A DNA stretch of 64,000 nucleotides, from assembly GCA_040954595.2 (NCBI GenBank), contig CM082598.2:9377097-9441096 (forward strand), in the 5' to 3' direction. The position numbers and the translations under genes are program-made. A model generated the notes under the pieces. That model saw only the letters and a list, made by a program, of their open reading frames with translations. It was not told where the DNA came from and ran no database searches. The DNA comes from Balanoglossus misakiensis. Its lineage: Eukaryota > Animalia > Hemichordata. Below, piece by piece: positions 1 through 12,465 of this stretch (positions are counted from its first letter, which is position 1; the number at the start of each line of letters is the position of its first letter).

Positions 1-400
1 TGAAAAAATTCGATATGTCAACTACAAAGGAAGAAATGTTTGACCAAAGGAAGTCATGAAATACAGTAAACATATCATTTCTTCTATTTCTTACTACAGT
101 GAGTTGTCGACTTTTTACCCAGAATGCAATTATTATAATGTGATTTGAATCCCTAGCACAAAGTGAAAACCTATTTAAGGCAGCCAGATTTCACACAACA
201 ATTTTCACACAGACTGCAACATGTTCTAGGCTGCAGTACACATAAACTGCAACACAGGCTGTACTATGTACGGTGCAAGTCTTGTTAGTTAGCTACAAGG
301 GTGATGAGATTTTGGAATAGTCACAGATTGAAACCTCACACAGCTAGACAAAACAAAATGTTATCACTTTGGACGAAACAGTAAACAGTGATATACTTAC

Positions 401-465
401 AAGATTTAACTATTATGTCATACAGCAAAGTCACAGTTGCAGATAGTTCAAATACAATAACAAGT
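401..465 (-). CDS. Orphan 7TM-like protein, coding exon 7 (LVIVFELSATVTLLYDIIVKS); gene continues beyond the left edge
   Basis: TTTAG acceptor, GTAAGT donor; 65 nt; GG+A = Gly; TM helix; no stop codon reached. Confidence 0.88.
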
Positions 466-654
466 CTAAATATACAAAAGAAATGTTAGAAAATATTATT
501 GACCACTTTCTGTACATTTACTAACTTTAAAATACTGCAGAATGACATGAAAACCGGTGGTGGCATTATGCACATTTCAATTTCATACAAATATTCTTAT
601 TCAAATGTTTGATAAGATTGGATTAACAGTAAATGATTTAAATGTATATTTTCA

Positions 655-870
655 TGAGAGTGAAAAACTCGCCAAAATGAATAATCAGTCTTTATCATTT
701 ATTCATTTTGGTGAGATTTTTACTCTCATATCCTACAAACGGGATGGAAGTTGTGTGTAGTCGTACGTTGATTCACTACATATCCACATGTAGAATTACA
801 TAAACAGTGTCTTGTATCAAACAAAATTAATGGAAAAATGCAGCGAGAGAGAGAGACTTTGTCTCTTTAA
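655..870 (+). repeat. Dispersed repeat fragment, second copy at about 12995-13210 (Kolobok-like right end)
   Basis: GAGAGTGAAAAACTCGCCAAAATGAATAATC...GAGAGACTTTGTC(T/C)CTTTAA in both copies. Confidence 0.7.
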
Positions 871-963
871 TATCGGTTCAGACATGTCATGTTTTTATCT
901 CAGGGCAATCTAACACATTATTTGAAGCTGGGTTGGTGTAATGATATGTTTCATCTCCTTGTA

Positions 964-1139
964 GAGTAAATCCTGTCTAAACCGAACACCAAAGCGACTG
1001 AAGAAAACATTCGGTTTGTAGGTGTCTAGTTTATAGAGGTTCTTTTAACATGTGGTTCTATGTGAAAGGGACTGGAACAGGTGTTCGGTATAGACAGGTT
1101 TCAAGATTAGACAGGGTTCAATTTAGACAGGTTTTTCTG
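964..1139. mobile_element. Tigger/pogo-like MITE; inverted copy at about 30430-30615
   Basis: AAATCCTGTCTAAA...TTTAGACAGGTTTTTCTG|TA with repeated TAGACAGG motifs. Confidence 0.65.
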
Positions 1140-1159
1140 TAGAGGTATTTTTCACTTAC

Positions 1160-1301
1160 CCCCATAAGTCTTTCTTGAGTGCTTTTCTACTGGTGTCCAA
1201 TGTACTTACTGTGTCCAGTTTACTTGAGATAAATACTGCGGCCACTAAAAAGGCTTGGACGAGTATAAACTCCATGGTGGATAACATCAACCAGTAGGGT
1301 T
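1160..1301 (-). CDS. Orphan 7TM-like protein, coding exon 6 (PYWLMLSTMEFILVQAFLVAAVFISSKLDTVSTLDTSRKALKKDLW)
   Basis: TAG acceptor, GG|GTAAGT donor; 142 nt, open in the phase dictated by exon 5. Confidence 0.9.
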
Positions 1302-1916
1302 CTATCAGAAAGTTTACAAGTTATTAAAGCTCTATTAGCTGTAACTTTTTGCTGTGTTTTAGCATATTTGTTTTAATAATAATAATAATAATAAAGAATT
1401 ATATAAAAATAATAATTTTAATAATAATAGGTCAGATTTCATCATAGAGGTATCTTGGCTCAAAAAGTACAAAAAATGATAACCGTTTTGTGATCACATG
1501 TTTCTATGGCAACTATTTCGGGGCTCAAATTATGCTTTTTTTTTACAAAATTCCATTAATAAGTAGTCAGATCACCCCGAAATTTCACCAAATATGTACC
1601 TAAGGTCAAAGACGAATAAATATGATTTTAGTTTTGATAACACACGTTTTAATGTCACTCGTTTGGGGGCTAAAATTATACATTTTTCCAAAATCCTTTT
1701 TAAAACAGTCCATTGCAATGACAATTGTGCTAAGAGAGGGTATCACAAATCAATTTAAATAATAATAATAGGTTGGATTTGAAACAAAAATCACACTGGC
1801 ATGATTTTTTGGTCACAAAGAATTCGTTTGGGCTTTATTTTCCGAATGCACATTAATAAGTTGGTGAAATTTGACTTTTCTTTCAAGACAGAGGAACTGC
1901 ACATGTGCAGAACACC

Positions 1917-2326
1917 TAGCCCGGAGACCAGGCGTAGTAGGGGAAAAGAAACGCCCGGTGACAGTCTCTATTTACGCACCGAATTCTGTGCGCAGAACGA
2001 CACGGGTGGTAAATCTTGTGTGTAAGCTAATTGGTCACTCAATGTAACAATGTGTAAACCAAATGACATCATCGCATTCTAAATAAGGAAATAGAGGTGG
2101 AGTCATGTGTGAAATTCCCGCAACGAGGTGTGGGAGTGATTTACCAAGCTTTGTTAATTATATCATCCAACCACTGGCGCCCGTCAACATTTGATAGATC
2201 ACTCGTTATCCATTCGTTACTAAGCGACCCTGATCGTTGCCAGGGCTACTATCTTTCAGCTCAGCAGGAAATTTCTCGACTGTCACCGGGCGTTGTATTC
2301 TAGATAGACGCCTGGTCTCCGGGCTA
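1917..2326. mobile_element. Non-autonomous TAG...CTA TIR element (AcademH-like)
   Basis: TIR TAGCCCGGAGACCAGGCGT / ACGCCTGGTCTCCGGGCTA plus a subterminal IR; perfect 9 bp TSD CAGAACACC. Confidence 0.8.
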
Positions 2327-3353
2327 CAGAACACCTGGCAATGCAGCCTGCCGATTTTCACAGTTTCACCACAAAAAAGCGCAAGTTAAAATAGTATCGC
2401 TGGGGAATCCAATCAATCGATTGTTCATGCATACGTCCTTAATGTCGACTAGTTTTAAAACATTAGTCCATTGCATAAACGTTTACCGTCTAGTTGTTGT
2501 TGTTGTATGGTTATCGAAGGAAGGCAGTTACAGAGGACACACACTCGTAGCCGTACACTGTTTGAGTGTTGACGGTGAGTCTGTGTTAAATTTTGGCAGT
2601 TCAGCGTGACTTTAACACTAAATAGACAACTAGCAGAAAAGTCTACAAACTTCTAAATTTCTGGAAATTTTTTATTTGGTATGGATATGAAATAATTTTC
2701 GTTTGTGAAGAATCAAATCTCAGCGACGCACGATAGCTTCTGATGAATGCGAGGACCCATCAGCTGACTCGCAAATACATGTACAGTCAAAATATCAAAT
2801 TCAACTGAAAACGGAACCGCGAGATGCATTGTGTGTCTGTTCTGTCACCTCCTCTGAGAAAATAATAAAATTCCCCCAAAATAGTAATACGAAAGCCAAA
2901 GTATCGTGATAACATTTCTTCATTTTTCCTATTTTGCTGCCGTGTAAACATCGCGTCCTGTTTGGCACCGACACAAACTAGCATAACTCAGAGGTCAATA
3001 TTTCGATTAAAAACAATGCTTTTAAACTAACCTTCCTGTTCCACGATATCTGGGGTTTCTATTGCGCTCATATCTCACCATATGTGCAATTCTAAAGCCA
3101 ACTGGGGTATTATTCCTCTCGTTTTAGCCACGAAAACTGGGCAGACAACACAACGCGAAACAGCTCGTTCACACTCAGTCGGTCTCCAACTCGTGTTGGG
3201 TTTCGAGCGCAGTTTTGTACCTCAGATCTGTCGTACACACGCCACCAGACTCACCGGGTAACAAGGTTTTAACGATACCCGTGGTTTTTTGTGAATATGT
3301 AGAAAATCTCCACCCGAAAGCGTTGGAACGTCTGCATTTTTAGATAGGCCTAT

Positions 3354-4153
3354 GGCTGCATTCACAAACACCTCTGGAGGGGGGGGCAGGAGAATTGAGG
3401 GGGGGGATTTGAAAAAATTGAGGGTATGTAAGGGGGGGGGATTTGAAATAATTTAGGGACTGAAAGGGGAGGACTTGAAAACTTTGAGGACTAAATATTT
3501 ATTTTGAGTCCACAAAAATGCAGTTTCGCGCCCTTAATTTTACAAAATTTTCTAATGTGGGAGGGGGACACCCCCTCCCACACCCACCCCTCCATTCATC
3601 AGCACCTTTCAATCATTGACTGGTTTGTCTAGTGTTCCAGGTCAGGGGATTTGCCCCCACCCCATGATAACTTTGAGCGGTGACGATTAAATTTGTCCTC
3701 CCCAACATACCGGTAGTTTAGTTAATTTGCTTTTGTCGGGTTCATTAAAATGCAGCTTTGAGCTCTGTATTTTATAAAATTTTCTTACGTGGGAGGGGGA
3801 CACCCCCTCCCAAACCCACCCCCTTCAATTCTCGGTTTTCAATGTCTCCCAACACAGAATACAAAATACTTAAAAAATAGAAACAATGTTCTGTTTTAAT
3901 ATCCACTGATAAGGGGAAGCACCAGTTTCAAATTCTTTTCATGGTAACGCTGTTTTTCTTTTTTACAAGATAGATAGGTGATGTGTTTTGCTGTGTGAAA
4001 GAAAATGGGGGGGGGGGGATTTCAAAATTTTAGCAGTTCGGAAGGGGGGGATTTGAAAATATTTCGGGTTGTTGAGGGGGGCATGTGAAAATTAACCGTA
4101 AAAAAAATTGAATTCTCCCGCCCCCCCCTCCAGAGGTGTTTGTGAATGCAGCC
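3354..4153. mobile_element. 800 bp PIF/Harbinger-like MITE, family A
   Basis: TIR GGCTGCATTCACAAACACCTCTGGAGGGGGGG; 3 bp TSD TAT. Confidence 0.75.
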
Positions 4154-4859
4154 TATAGGCCCTATCTTCAAGATACATCCACTTTGAAAAATGATGTCTT
4201 CAGCGCTAAATTATGAATCTGAAGAATCGGGAATGATTGTACAGAAAATCAACCCGTGCTTATTAAATTTATAAATTGTTTATATAATTCTTTAAACCCC
4301 TTAACTGGTAATAATAATAATGATAATAATATTTAATCCTTACAAAAACACTTTCCATGTAAAATGACATCCCAAATAGACAATGGTTAAAAAAATGTGT
4401 TACTAAAGTGTTAAAAAGTCAAAAAGTTGTGCATATCTACTGCAGTTTCTTGTTCAAATCCCAAAAGCATGATGAAATGCCCTTTATCCAGTCTATAAAC
4501 ACAGCCTATGTGACATAGTCAGCATTGTTATTGTGCAAAATTTTTATTCTAGCCTAGACTAGAATTCATTCATCAACAATAACAATGGCCGTTACACACA
4601 TAGCCACAAGATACAGCTACTATCCCTTTAACCATACTGTCAATCAGATTTCTACAAAGCTGATTTGGAAGCGTCAGCTGTCTATATAGGAAAGCCCACT
4701 GTTCTAAAAAATATGTTGTAATTGCAAGTGAAAGATGCAAAACAGTAACTCAAAATGGCACTGGATGACATACACATAGTCCTTGATTATCTATGGCTAC
4801 ATTTTGTGTGCAGCCTGTCTTCATATCTCATCTAAATACAGACTGAACATTGAACTTAC

Positions 4860-4957
4860 GTAGACATTCTATCCAGCTTTCTTTTGTCAACACAATACCC
4901 ACCACGGTCACTACAGTAAAGTACACCAGGACAATTACCAAAAAGGGTCGGACAACT
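4860..4957 (-). CDS. Orphan 7TM-like protein, coding exon 5 (VVRPFLVIVLVYFTVVTVVGIVLTKESWIECL)
   Basis: CAG acceptor, GTAAGT donor; 98 nt; strong TM helix; C+AA = Gln with the next exon. Confidence 0.9.
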
Positions 4958-5039
4958 CTGTTATAATAAACAGCAACACAACATGATCAGTTTACTGCAC
5001 AATAAATTCTTCGACATAGCAGCCATGTCTTATCATTAA

Positions 5040-5643
5040 AGCCGCAGTATTTCTCGTAGGGGCAAAATTTTGTTTGAAACGGCATCTATAATTTCTAAAA
5101 GTAGATGATAATTGATACTGAATCGAACAGTTATCATCCCCAGCTCTGCTGATAAACTCATACAATTTACAATATAACGAGTGAAGAATGACTTTCTGTC
5201 CGGACAGAAAGTCACGTGAGTCAGGCTAATGTTGACACACGTGACTAGTGCGCATGCGCACTCAAATGTGAATCTATGCGGAAGAGGTTTGGTCGCCCCA
5301 AATCAAGCGACTCAGCGAAGAAATGCGCACTAATTCGGCGAAATTTTGGGAAGATAACTTTATGGGAGAAATCAGTCGATGGAACCAGATCAAATCCGAA
5401 AATGGTCTGACCATCAAAATGTCAAAGTGGCACGTTTGCTGATCGACATGTACAACATTTCCGTTGTAAACAAACCCGCGCATCATTTCAAGTGTTACGG
5501 GCGATATTTTCGGCTTGCATGTAGCTACAATTGCCCAAACCTTTCTTACATCTTCATTATATAGTATTCCATGATGGATGTACTGCAAAAACGGGCTTTT
5601 TTTCGATGATGAAAAATGGATGCACACGAGAAATACTGGGGCT
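5040..5643. mobile_element. Kolobok-like non-autonomous element
   Basis: TTAA|AGCCGCAGTATTTCTCGT...ACGAGAAATACTGGGGCT|TTAA. Confidence 0.75.
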
Positions 5644-5776
5644 TTAAAAGAAGAAGCCTCTGCAATGTACCCATGTGTCTTGTTGAATCAGTAATCTTTC
5701 GCAAATTATCGTTTTAGAGATCAGCTGCTAAATGTTGTTTTGATGGACTAACTTTTTATTAACTTGAATGTCAATG

Positions 5777-6185
5777 TTTCTCACACTCCTGGCACGCTGA
5801 GAGTGTGGGATCAGAGTGTGAGAACAAATCGATCCCACTCTAGCTCTCACAGAATCAAAAGCTGTATAAAACACGAGCGCTGATTGGATGACAAAGCGTT
5901 CTTCTATAACGCGTGCTAAAGTGTATTACACGATGTGTATTACACGGACAGAAACTACAAAATGCCAGCCGACAGTTTCAGCGTCAATTATTCAATGTGT
6001 TTTAACACGAATTTGGCTAATTTGTGGCCGTGTGAGAAATATAACCTCACACACCAAGGACCTCTGATCATATTTCTCACACTCGTCGGGGATATTTTGT
6101 CCCACACTCGTCTGCAGCTCGTGTTGGACAGAAAATCCCTAACTCGCGTGAGAATATGATCCCAGGTCCTTGGGAGTGTGAGATT
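5777..6185. mobile_element. Third, older double-hairpin element
   Basis: TTTCTCACA...TGTGAGAAA IR followed by an imperfect hairpin CTCACACACCAAGGACCT...AGGTCCTTGGGAGTGTGAG. Confidence 0.55.
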
Positions 6186-6242
6186 CCATTATTCCTATCA
6201 TGGAGCTGTACAAAAAAAGAGAAACAAAAAACATTGAAATAC

Positions 6243-6386
6243 CTGTTGATCAGTTTTTCCCTTTTCAACAAACGCGACGTGTGTGAGAAGTAATAATTGA
6301 TGACAATCAGGAACTGTAACAACTTGATATACTGTATAGCAAAATCAAGCTGACTGTAGTAGTGGGCATACACCCAATGAACAGTG
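6243..6386 (-). CDS. Orphan 7TM-like protein, coding exon 4 (TVHWVYAHYYSQLDFAIQYIKLLQFLIVINYYFSHTSRLLKREKLIN)
   Basis: TTTTACAG acceptor, AG|GTATTT donor; 144 nt; overlaps ORF 6077..6373; AG+A = Arg with the next exon. Confidence 0.9.
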
Positions 6387-6512
6387 CTGTAAAATAATCC
6401 AAGATTTCAGTCCTTTTTACCTGTATACATCACATACACGTGTCAATCACAATCTGTCCATTAAGGGCAAGAACTAGCTAGGGTTATGCAAAGGTATATG
6501 GTTATGTCTAGC

Positions 6513-6629
6513 CACAGGGATTTATTCAGAGAAAGTGGAGAAATATTTATATGATAGAAACTGAATAAGTTTGTTATTCAGTTTCTAGCATATAAATATT
6601 TCTCCACTTTCTCTGAATAAATCCCTGTG
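6513..6629. mobile_element. 117 bp hairpin MITE, P-like
   Basis: Almost perfect palindrome CACAGGGATTTATTCAGAGAAAGTGGAG...; TSD GTCTAGC / GTCTAAC. Confidence 0.75.
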
Positions 6630-7960
6630 GTCTAACTATAGTTAAAAGAGGAGTGTCTACATGTTCTCATGCTTGTTTCCATGAAGTTTGATAATTTCTT
6701 GCTCCAAGTTTGGGACACAAAGGGACCCTACACAACAACTGTATTGGAACATTATGTCAACCCAAGCAGTAGACACTAGTTTGAGACAATTACATGTCAT
6801 AGATACTTAAATTTACATAGAAAACATAAAAGAAACAGCCAGTGCCAAAGATCAGTGTGTATCTATCAATCATGTGTTTCTTTTATGAAAAGCTTTGAGT
6901 CTATTGTGGGTTTTTGAGAAATTTATTTGCAGTTTCCCTGTAACTTTATATGTACCGTAATATGCATCATTTCTTGCACATCATCAGTTAGTTTGTGGAG
7001 TCAGTCACTCAGTCAGTCTGTGGCACGTCATTTTTGCTCAGAGGACACACTGAATCAGACACTTAATGACCCCTCATTTTAAAAGAATTTTAAAAGGATG
7101 TATGTTCAGTAAAATTGAAAGTATTGTCATTTTTTTAACAGTTGATTTTTGGATTATCCTGAGAGTGTGTAATGAAAATCTGTGATAAAATCACCGCGCT
7201 TGTTTTTGAAAAACAGAGCCATGAATTTAGTCGATAATAGAAGAAAACTGCTGACTCAGCATTTTTCACTGATGGTTTGTTTATCATTATATGGGCAAAA
7301 ATTTTAACGCAATTTATCTCAAAATATAGAGTGCAATGACCACACAATTTTATTTGACCAATGAATTTATTTTTACTTTACTGAGCTATGTGTAAAATAT
7401 CATGAAAATAACAATAGTAGAAGTTTGTTTTCCAGCAATGATCAATGTAATCCTATGGGGAGAAAGAGACATGCACTGTTTATCAGTTTATTTTCTCCGC
7501 GTACATCCTTAAAGTGAACAGACACCTTCCTTGTAGAGAGATTCTAATAAAATCTTTGTGAAAAACATGAGTGATTTGTGTCGTTTTTATTCACTTTCAC
7601 TTATGGCGCAGCAGCGTAGCGTCGATCTCGATATGCATGATATGTGGAAGTGACGTAAGAGACTACGCTTAGGCAGTCACCAGTAGCAGACGCCACCGTG
7701 CGCGCGCACACGTACACAGACAGTTGACATGGCTGGCTGCCTCGCAAGTGGGAGCAAAAACAGAGTTGGCAAAAACACGGGGAAAAGTTTTATAAAAGTT
7801 CCCGACCCTTCGGTGGACAGTCAAAATGCAAATCTAGCTGAAAAATGGGTGTCAAACATTGGCATATGATTTCGGTGCTTATCGCTGAGATGATACTTGT
7901 GCTTCGGAAATGTTCGTGTTCAACTAGGCCATATATCGTGAAGCATATTGCAAAAAAAAA

Positions 7961-9120
7961 AAAAAGCGTCAAGGACACTGTGGTCCCATTTGAGGATTAT
8001 GCAGAAATAGGGATACACCAGAATAAAAATTACAGGTGACATTGCAAGCAGATATGATCTAATCACACAGAAATATGGAATGTAAAAAAAATAACAAGCA
8101 ACATGCCCAATAAGCTGTCATGTGTCGTGGCAGTCTTACAAGTGGTGCTAGAAATTTTTTTTTTGACCAAAAATTGTTTGTACAAACACATATGACAAGC
8201 AACTTCTTTCAGTCAGCCCTGGAACAGACAGACAGACACACACACAGACAAAGACGCTCACTGACCTGCCACTGGTAATTAACAATTTAATAGCTGGTGG
8301 TCTCTGTAACAGCTGGCCTATTAAAGTTATGTAAACATGTCTAAGTTGGGGGTAACAACTCCTTGTAAACAGTAACTTTCAAAACAACTGGACAATTAGT
8401 TTAAGAGAAGATTTGCTAACCAAAAACAAAGAAAGTTACAAAAAAATCGATAAATATTGAATATTTCTGATATCAGAATTGAATAAAAGTTGCACATAAA
8501 CATGTATGTGTTATGAAATTGTATCCTAAATTTCAAAGCAATCAGAGAAAACACAAATTTCAAAGCAATCCAACAAGCAGTTTCACAGAAAATATTTGTT
8601 CAAAAGTGACGAAAACACAAATATGCAAATATCACCAAAATTGTACAATATCTTACTTCAATCACTACGAGGAACATGCCTGTGAAAGTTCAATGGAATG
8701 TGACAAGCGGTTTCAGAGAAAACAATTTTTGACAAAAATTGGGAAAAATTTGCCCAATAACATATTTATGCAAATATCACACTTTTTTTTAACAACATAT
8801 TACCTAGGTTACCCCTAGGAACATGCCTACCAAATTGCAAAGCAATCTGGCATGCGGTTTTAAAGAAAAAAATTTGACCAAAAATGGGAAAAATTGCTCA
8901 AAATCATCAATATGCAAATTTTGCAACAATTTTAACAAAACTATGGTTACTCAGACAACCTTTAGGAAGCTCCCTACTAAATTTCAAAGAAGTAGGCCTA
9001 TCACTTTCAGAAATAAAGACTTTTTTACCAATAATGTGGAAAAATACAAAAAATGAGGTATGAGGTTGACATAAGGTACATGCATATACCAATTTTCAAA
9101 TCAATATGACCAGTGGTTGT
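7961..9120 (+). mobile_element. HINE/DINE-1-like (Helentron-associated) dispersed repeat; inverted copies at about 13215-14092 and 30870-31765
   Basis: Three highly similar copies of about 0.9-1.1 kb with an (ACAG)n microsatellite and degenerate internal AAATTTCAAAGCAAT repeats. ORFs 8513, 13281 and 31208 are the same repeat text. Confidence 0.7.
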
Positions 9121-9512
9121 CGAGTTTCTGAGTTTTGACCAAATTTAGTTTTTTCCCAGCTAATTTGCATATTTTTGGTAATGACAACTTCGTTTGAACA
9201 AACTCCCATCAACAGCCCTGCCTACATCTACACACCAAATATCAAGGTCATACGCGCTGCGGTTTTCAAGTTTTTGATGTGGACGGACACACAGACATAC
9301 ATCCATCCATCCATCCATACACACATCCATACATACAGACGCAAGCGATCCCATAAGGTCCCATGGTACATACCAATGGGACCTAAAAATACACAGCAAA
9401 AATTATCGAAACAGTCGGGGCTCCTGATTTCCTTTGATCACCATATGTCGGTTCACTTTAATGCCCTCTCATTTAAAAAGAATTAACAAGATTTATAAAC
9501 TGAAAATCTTAC

Positions 9513-9595
9513 CATAAAATACATTCTATGGTGGCACTTCCAAATATTGCATACTGATAATATAACTTGTGACGGCCAATATATAGACGTACAAG
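9513..9595 (-). CDS. Orphan 7TM-like protein, coding exon 3 (LVRLYIGRHKLYYQYAIFGSATIECIL)
   Basis: CAG acceptor, GTAAGA donor; 83 nt, phase 0 in, phase 2 out (TG+C = Cys). Confidence 0.88.
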
Positions 9596-9709
9596 CTGTA
9601 AGGTAAATAAAGAATTGTATAATTATTAAAAGAATATAATAATTGCTTTCATGATCGCAGTATAATGTACAGTATTTAGTGATCAAGGAAGAGAGTTACC
9701 ATGTCTGTA

Positions 9710-11209
9710 CACGGGCGTCATGGAACAATAAAGTGTACAGATATTAATAAACTTAGCATTAACGCGACGTCCTCAATGAACAAAGAATAAAATATTTCAT
9801 GGGTTTGTTTGGTGTGGACGAGAAATGCACTAAAGCTAGGTCAGTGTTAACTTTATGTGCAAAACCACACCGTACGCGTACCTCTATAGGGGATAGGCAC
9901 CGTGTGTACGATCTCGTCTTGAGCAGTAAAGGCGATGTCTACGCATGCGTGCGCGCCTGAAACTGATCTGAAACATTCGAGATATTATCGATTGAAAAGT
10001 GTCACTCGTCCTGGGGACGTGCGTTACCGACGTAAAATAGCGTTTGGGCGATGTCGCAAATTTCGCTCTACAAGGTATACATAGGACATACTGTTTTCAT
10101 GCAAAAAAAATCATAGCAAATATAACAGTGATGCACATGAACAACGTCCACCATGACTGGGAGGAGCTGAGCTGAGCTCACGCGTAGTCTCGGTTACCCA
10201 GACGCCTTTGCTTCTTCCGATGCTCTCCAGAAAAGGGTCTGGGGAAATGCTATTGAAAGCTTTGTAAAACAAAATGGCCGATGTCAGGATTTTGATCATC
10301 GCCTGATTGGCTGAGCTCTCAGTATGACCCGGGTCACTGCAATAGTTTCGACAATCGTCTACCAAAGATATTTCATATAATTTCTCCAACAATGCTAACA
10401 GAGGACGCCTTTTGCCTTTCGCATCAACCAACAAGTACCGGTCTCTTGATATGAAGATACGACAAATAATCACACATTGTCGAGAGTCAGTGACCCGGGT
10501 CATACTGACAGCTCAGCCAATCAGGCGATGATCAAAATCCTGACATCGGCCATTTTGTTTTACAAAGCTTTCAATAGCATTTCCCCAGACCCTTTTCTGG
10601 AGAGCATCGGAAGAAGCAAAGGCGTCTGGGTAACCGAGACTAAGCTCACGCGTAGTTTCATACACATGATATAAAACCCGGCGATCAAACACAGCACTTC
10701 CGGTCACCAGATTCGCAATGGTTTTGTATACGGATTTGTTGTATTTTTCACGTTTTCCGTATTTTTATTCATAATTAATCCAACTCTTTTCAAGACACAT
10801 TCTAAGCAAAAATGAAAATTATTGACTACACTTCGATGGCACTCTGCTCCGTAGAACAAAGTGTCCCCCCTTTTTGGTAACGCACGTCGCCAGACTCCAT
10901 GAGACGATTGCATACCCTTCCTAACATACACTGTATACGGGCGCGTCTGTCTTGGCTAGCAACAGAGTCGTACGATCGTCTGCCGCGTGCTGGGCCGGGC
11001 GCGTGTGCAATTTGTAGATTGTGCCATCACTTCCGCGTTCCGCGGCGCTAGTGTGTTCGCTCGCATATTTTGCTAGTCCAGCTGTAGCTAGGCCGTTCAT
11101 GAGTGTAGTTCTCGTTCACACCAAAAAAAACCCACGAAATAATTTATTGTGTGTTCGTTTAGGCCTATGCTAAATTATCCATACACTTTATTGTTCCATG
11201 ACGCCCGTG
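9710..11209. mobile_element. Non-autonomous P-element-like transposon
   Basis: Perfect 28 bp TIR CACGGGCGTCATGGAACAATAAAGTGTA; 7 bp TSD GTCTGTA. Confidence 0.8.
10185..10642. mobile_element. 458 bp foldback TAG...CTA element (AcademH-like), copy 1
   Basis: About 155 bp near-perfect TIRs (TAGTCTCGGTTACCCAGACG...); 10 bp TSD AGCTCACGCG; nested inside element 9710-11209. Confidence 0.85.
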
Positions 11210-11278
11210 GTCTGTATAAATGAAAGTGTGTAAAATGAAAATAAACTCGCCAGCTGAAATACTGGATTGCGACATCAA

Positions 11279-11640
11279 TTAAAGCTCTGATAGCTGTAAC
11301 TTTGTATTTATGTTTTTATTATTTTTGTTCTAGGTATCAACTGCGATTTCTTGTTCTACTCCATACGTACAGCATGCTAATATACCCTGTTCTCCCCTTG
11401 TCAACATAGTCTGTATGCGTTTAATGGCTATCATTATTGGTGACAAATGAATTCTAGTCCGTACTTGAATTCAAATTTTGCACAATAACAATGCTGTTTA
11501 TAGACATACATGTTAAGGTGATAAGCTAAATGCTGGGCATTTAATCATGTTTCAGGAATTTGAACAAGAAACTGCAGCAGTAGACAGAGAAAACAAAATA
11601 CTGAAAACATGGGGTAAAGTTACAGCTGATGGAGCATGAG
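11279..11640. mobile_element. Kolobok-like MITE; related fragments near 1324, 4435-4575, 19795 and 50850-51015
   Basis: TTAAAGCTCTGATAGCTGTAACTTT...AAAGTTACAGCTGATGGAGC IR; shared internal text GAACAAGAAACTGCAG. Confidence 0.55.
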
Positions 11641-11858
11641 ACATAAGCAAATTGATGTGAATATTTTACGGCACATTGAGTAATTTGCATACTGGTACTG
11701 AATAACACAAATAATTGTGGGTTTGGAACATTATATCAAGAAAATGGCATGACAAATTAGAGAATTGTGAATACCCCATCAGATCAGATTATAGAAACCA
11801 ATTTGGCCATCAAGGACTGCTACGCATGTTTAATGAGGGTGTAAAAAGTAAGGATATA

Positions 11859-12465
11859 CCGTAGTTGCCCGGGTAAGAGCCCCGGGTGCTGGGCCAACAG
11901 ATTAGCGAAAAAACAGGGGGGGGGCTTTAGCCCGGATATGGCCTCGAGATTTATGCAAATGAGGGATGGCCACCTCGACTTTTATGCAAATTTTTGAGTG
12001 GTTCATTCTCCGAGTCCAAGTTGGGATCTTCCAATGTTGGGTGTTTCGCATCGAGGACGGATTGAAGCAGCTCCACGCGGTCGCTTTGGAAAGCTCCCCG
12101 GTGACCTCACACGCGGCATCGCGTCCATCTACGTGATCGTTGAATTCGAGGCACGGTCCCGAGGGACCTGTCTGAGGTCATGTTTTCTAGAGCGGCTATA
12201 TATAACTCAGCGTGGCCAGTCGGCCGCGGTGGGTACGATAATCAGCGCGAAAGTAAATCATCATACATTTTTTTTTTCACTTTTAGTGACTTTGGGGATG
12301 AAAATCCGCCTTTTTTGCATTGCACTTTATTAAATTTCCAAGAATTTAATGGATATTCGGCCGGGGGGGGGGGCTTTAGACCGGATATGGCCTCGATCTA
12401 CAAATGGGCCCTAAAACCAGGGGGGGCGTTTGTCCGAGCAGGGGTTCTTACCCGGGCAACTACGG
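11859..12465. mobile_element. Tc1/mariner-type MITE
   Basis: TA|CCGTAGTTGCCCGGGTAAGAGCCC...GGGTTCTTACCCGGGCAACTACGG|TA. Confidence 0.8.

Noticed and set aside
2739-2787. CTGATGA-stem(TGCGAG/CTCGCA)-AATACATGTA hammerhead-like motif
   Set aside because: GAAA is absent and there is no stem I pairing; single copy.
8513-9056. Recurrent ORF MKLYPKFQSNQRK... (also 13281 and 31208)
   Set aside because: Non-coding repeat text; copies differ by frameshifts.
10111-10707. Repeated ORFs MTRVTDSRQC... and MSRVSDPGHT... (also 26822-27457)
   Set aside because: They recur only because they lie in the TIRs of a 458 bp non-autonomous element; no transposase motifs.
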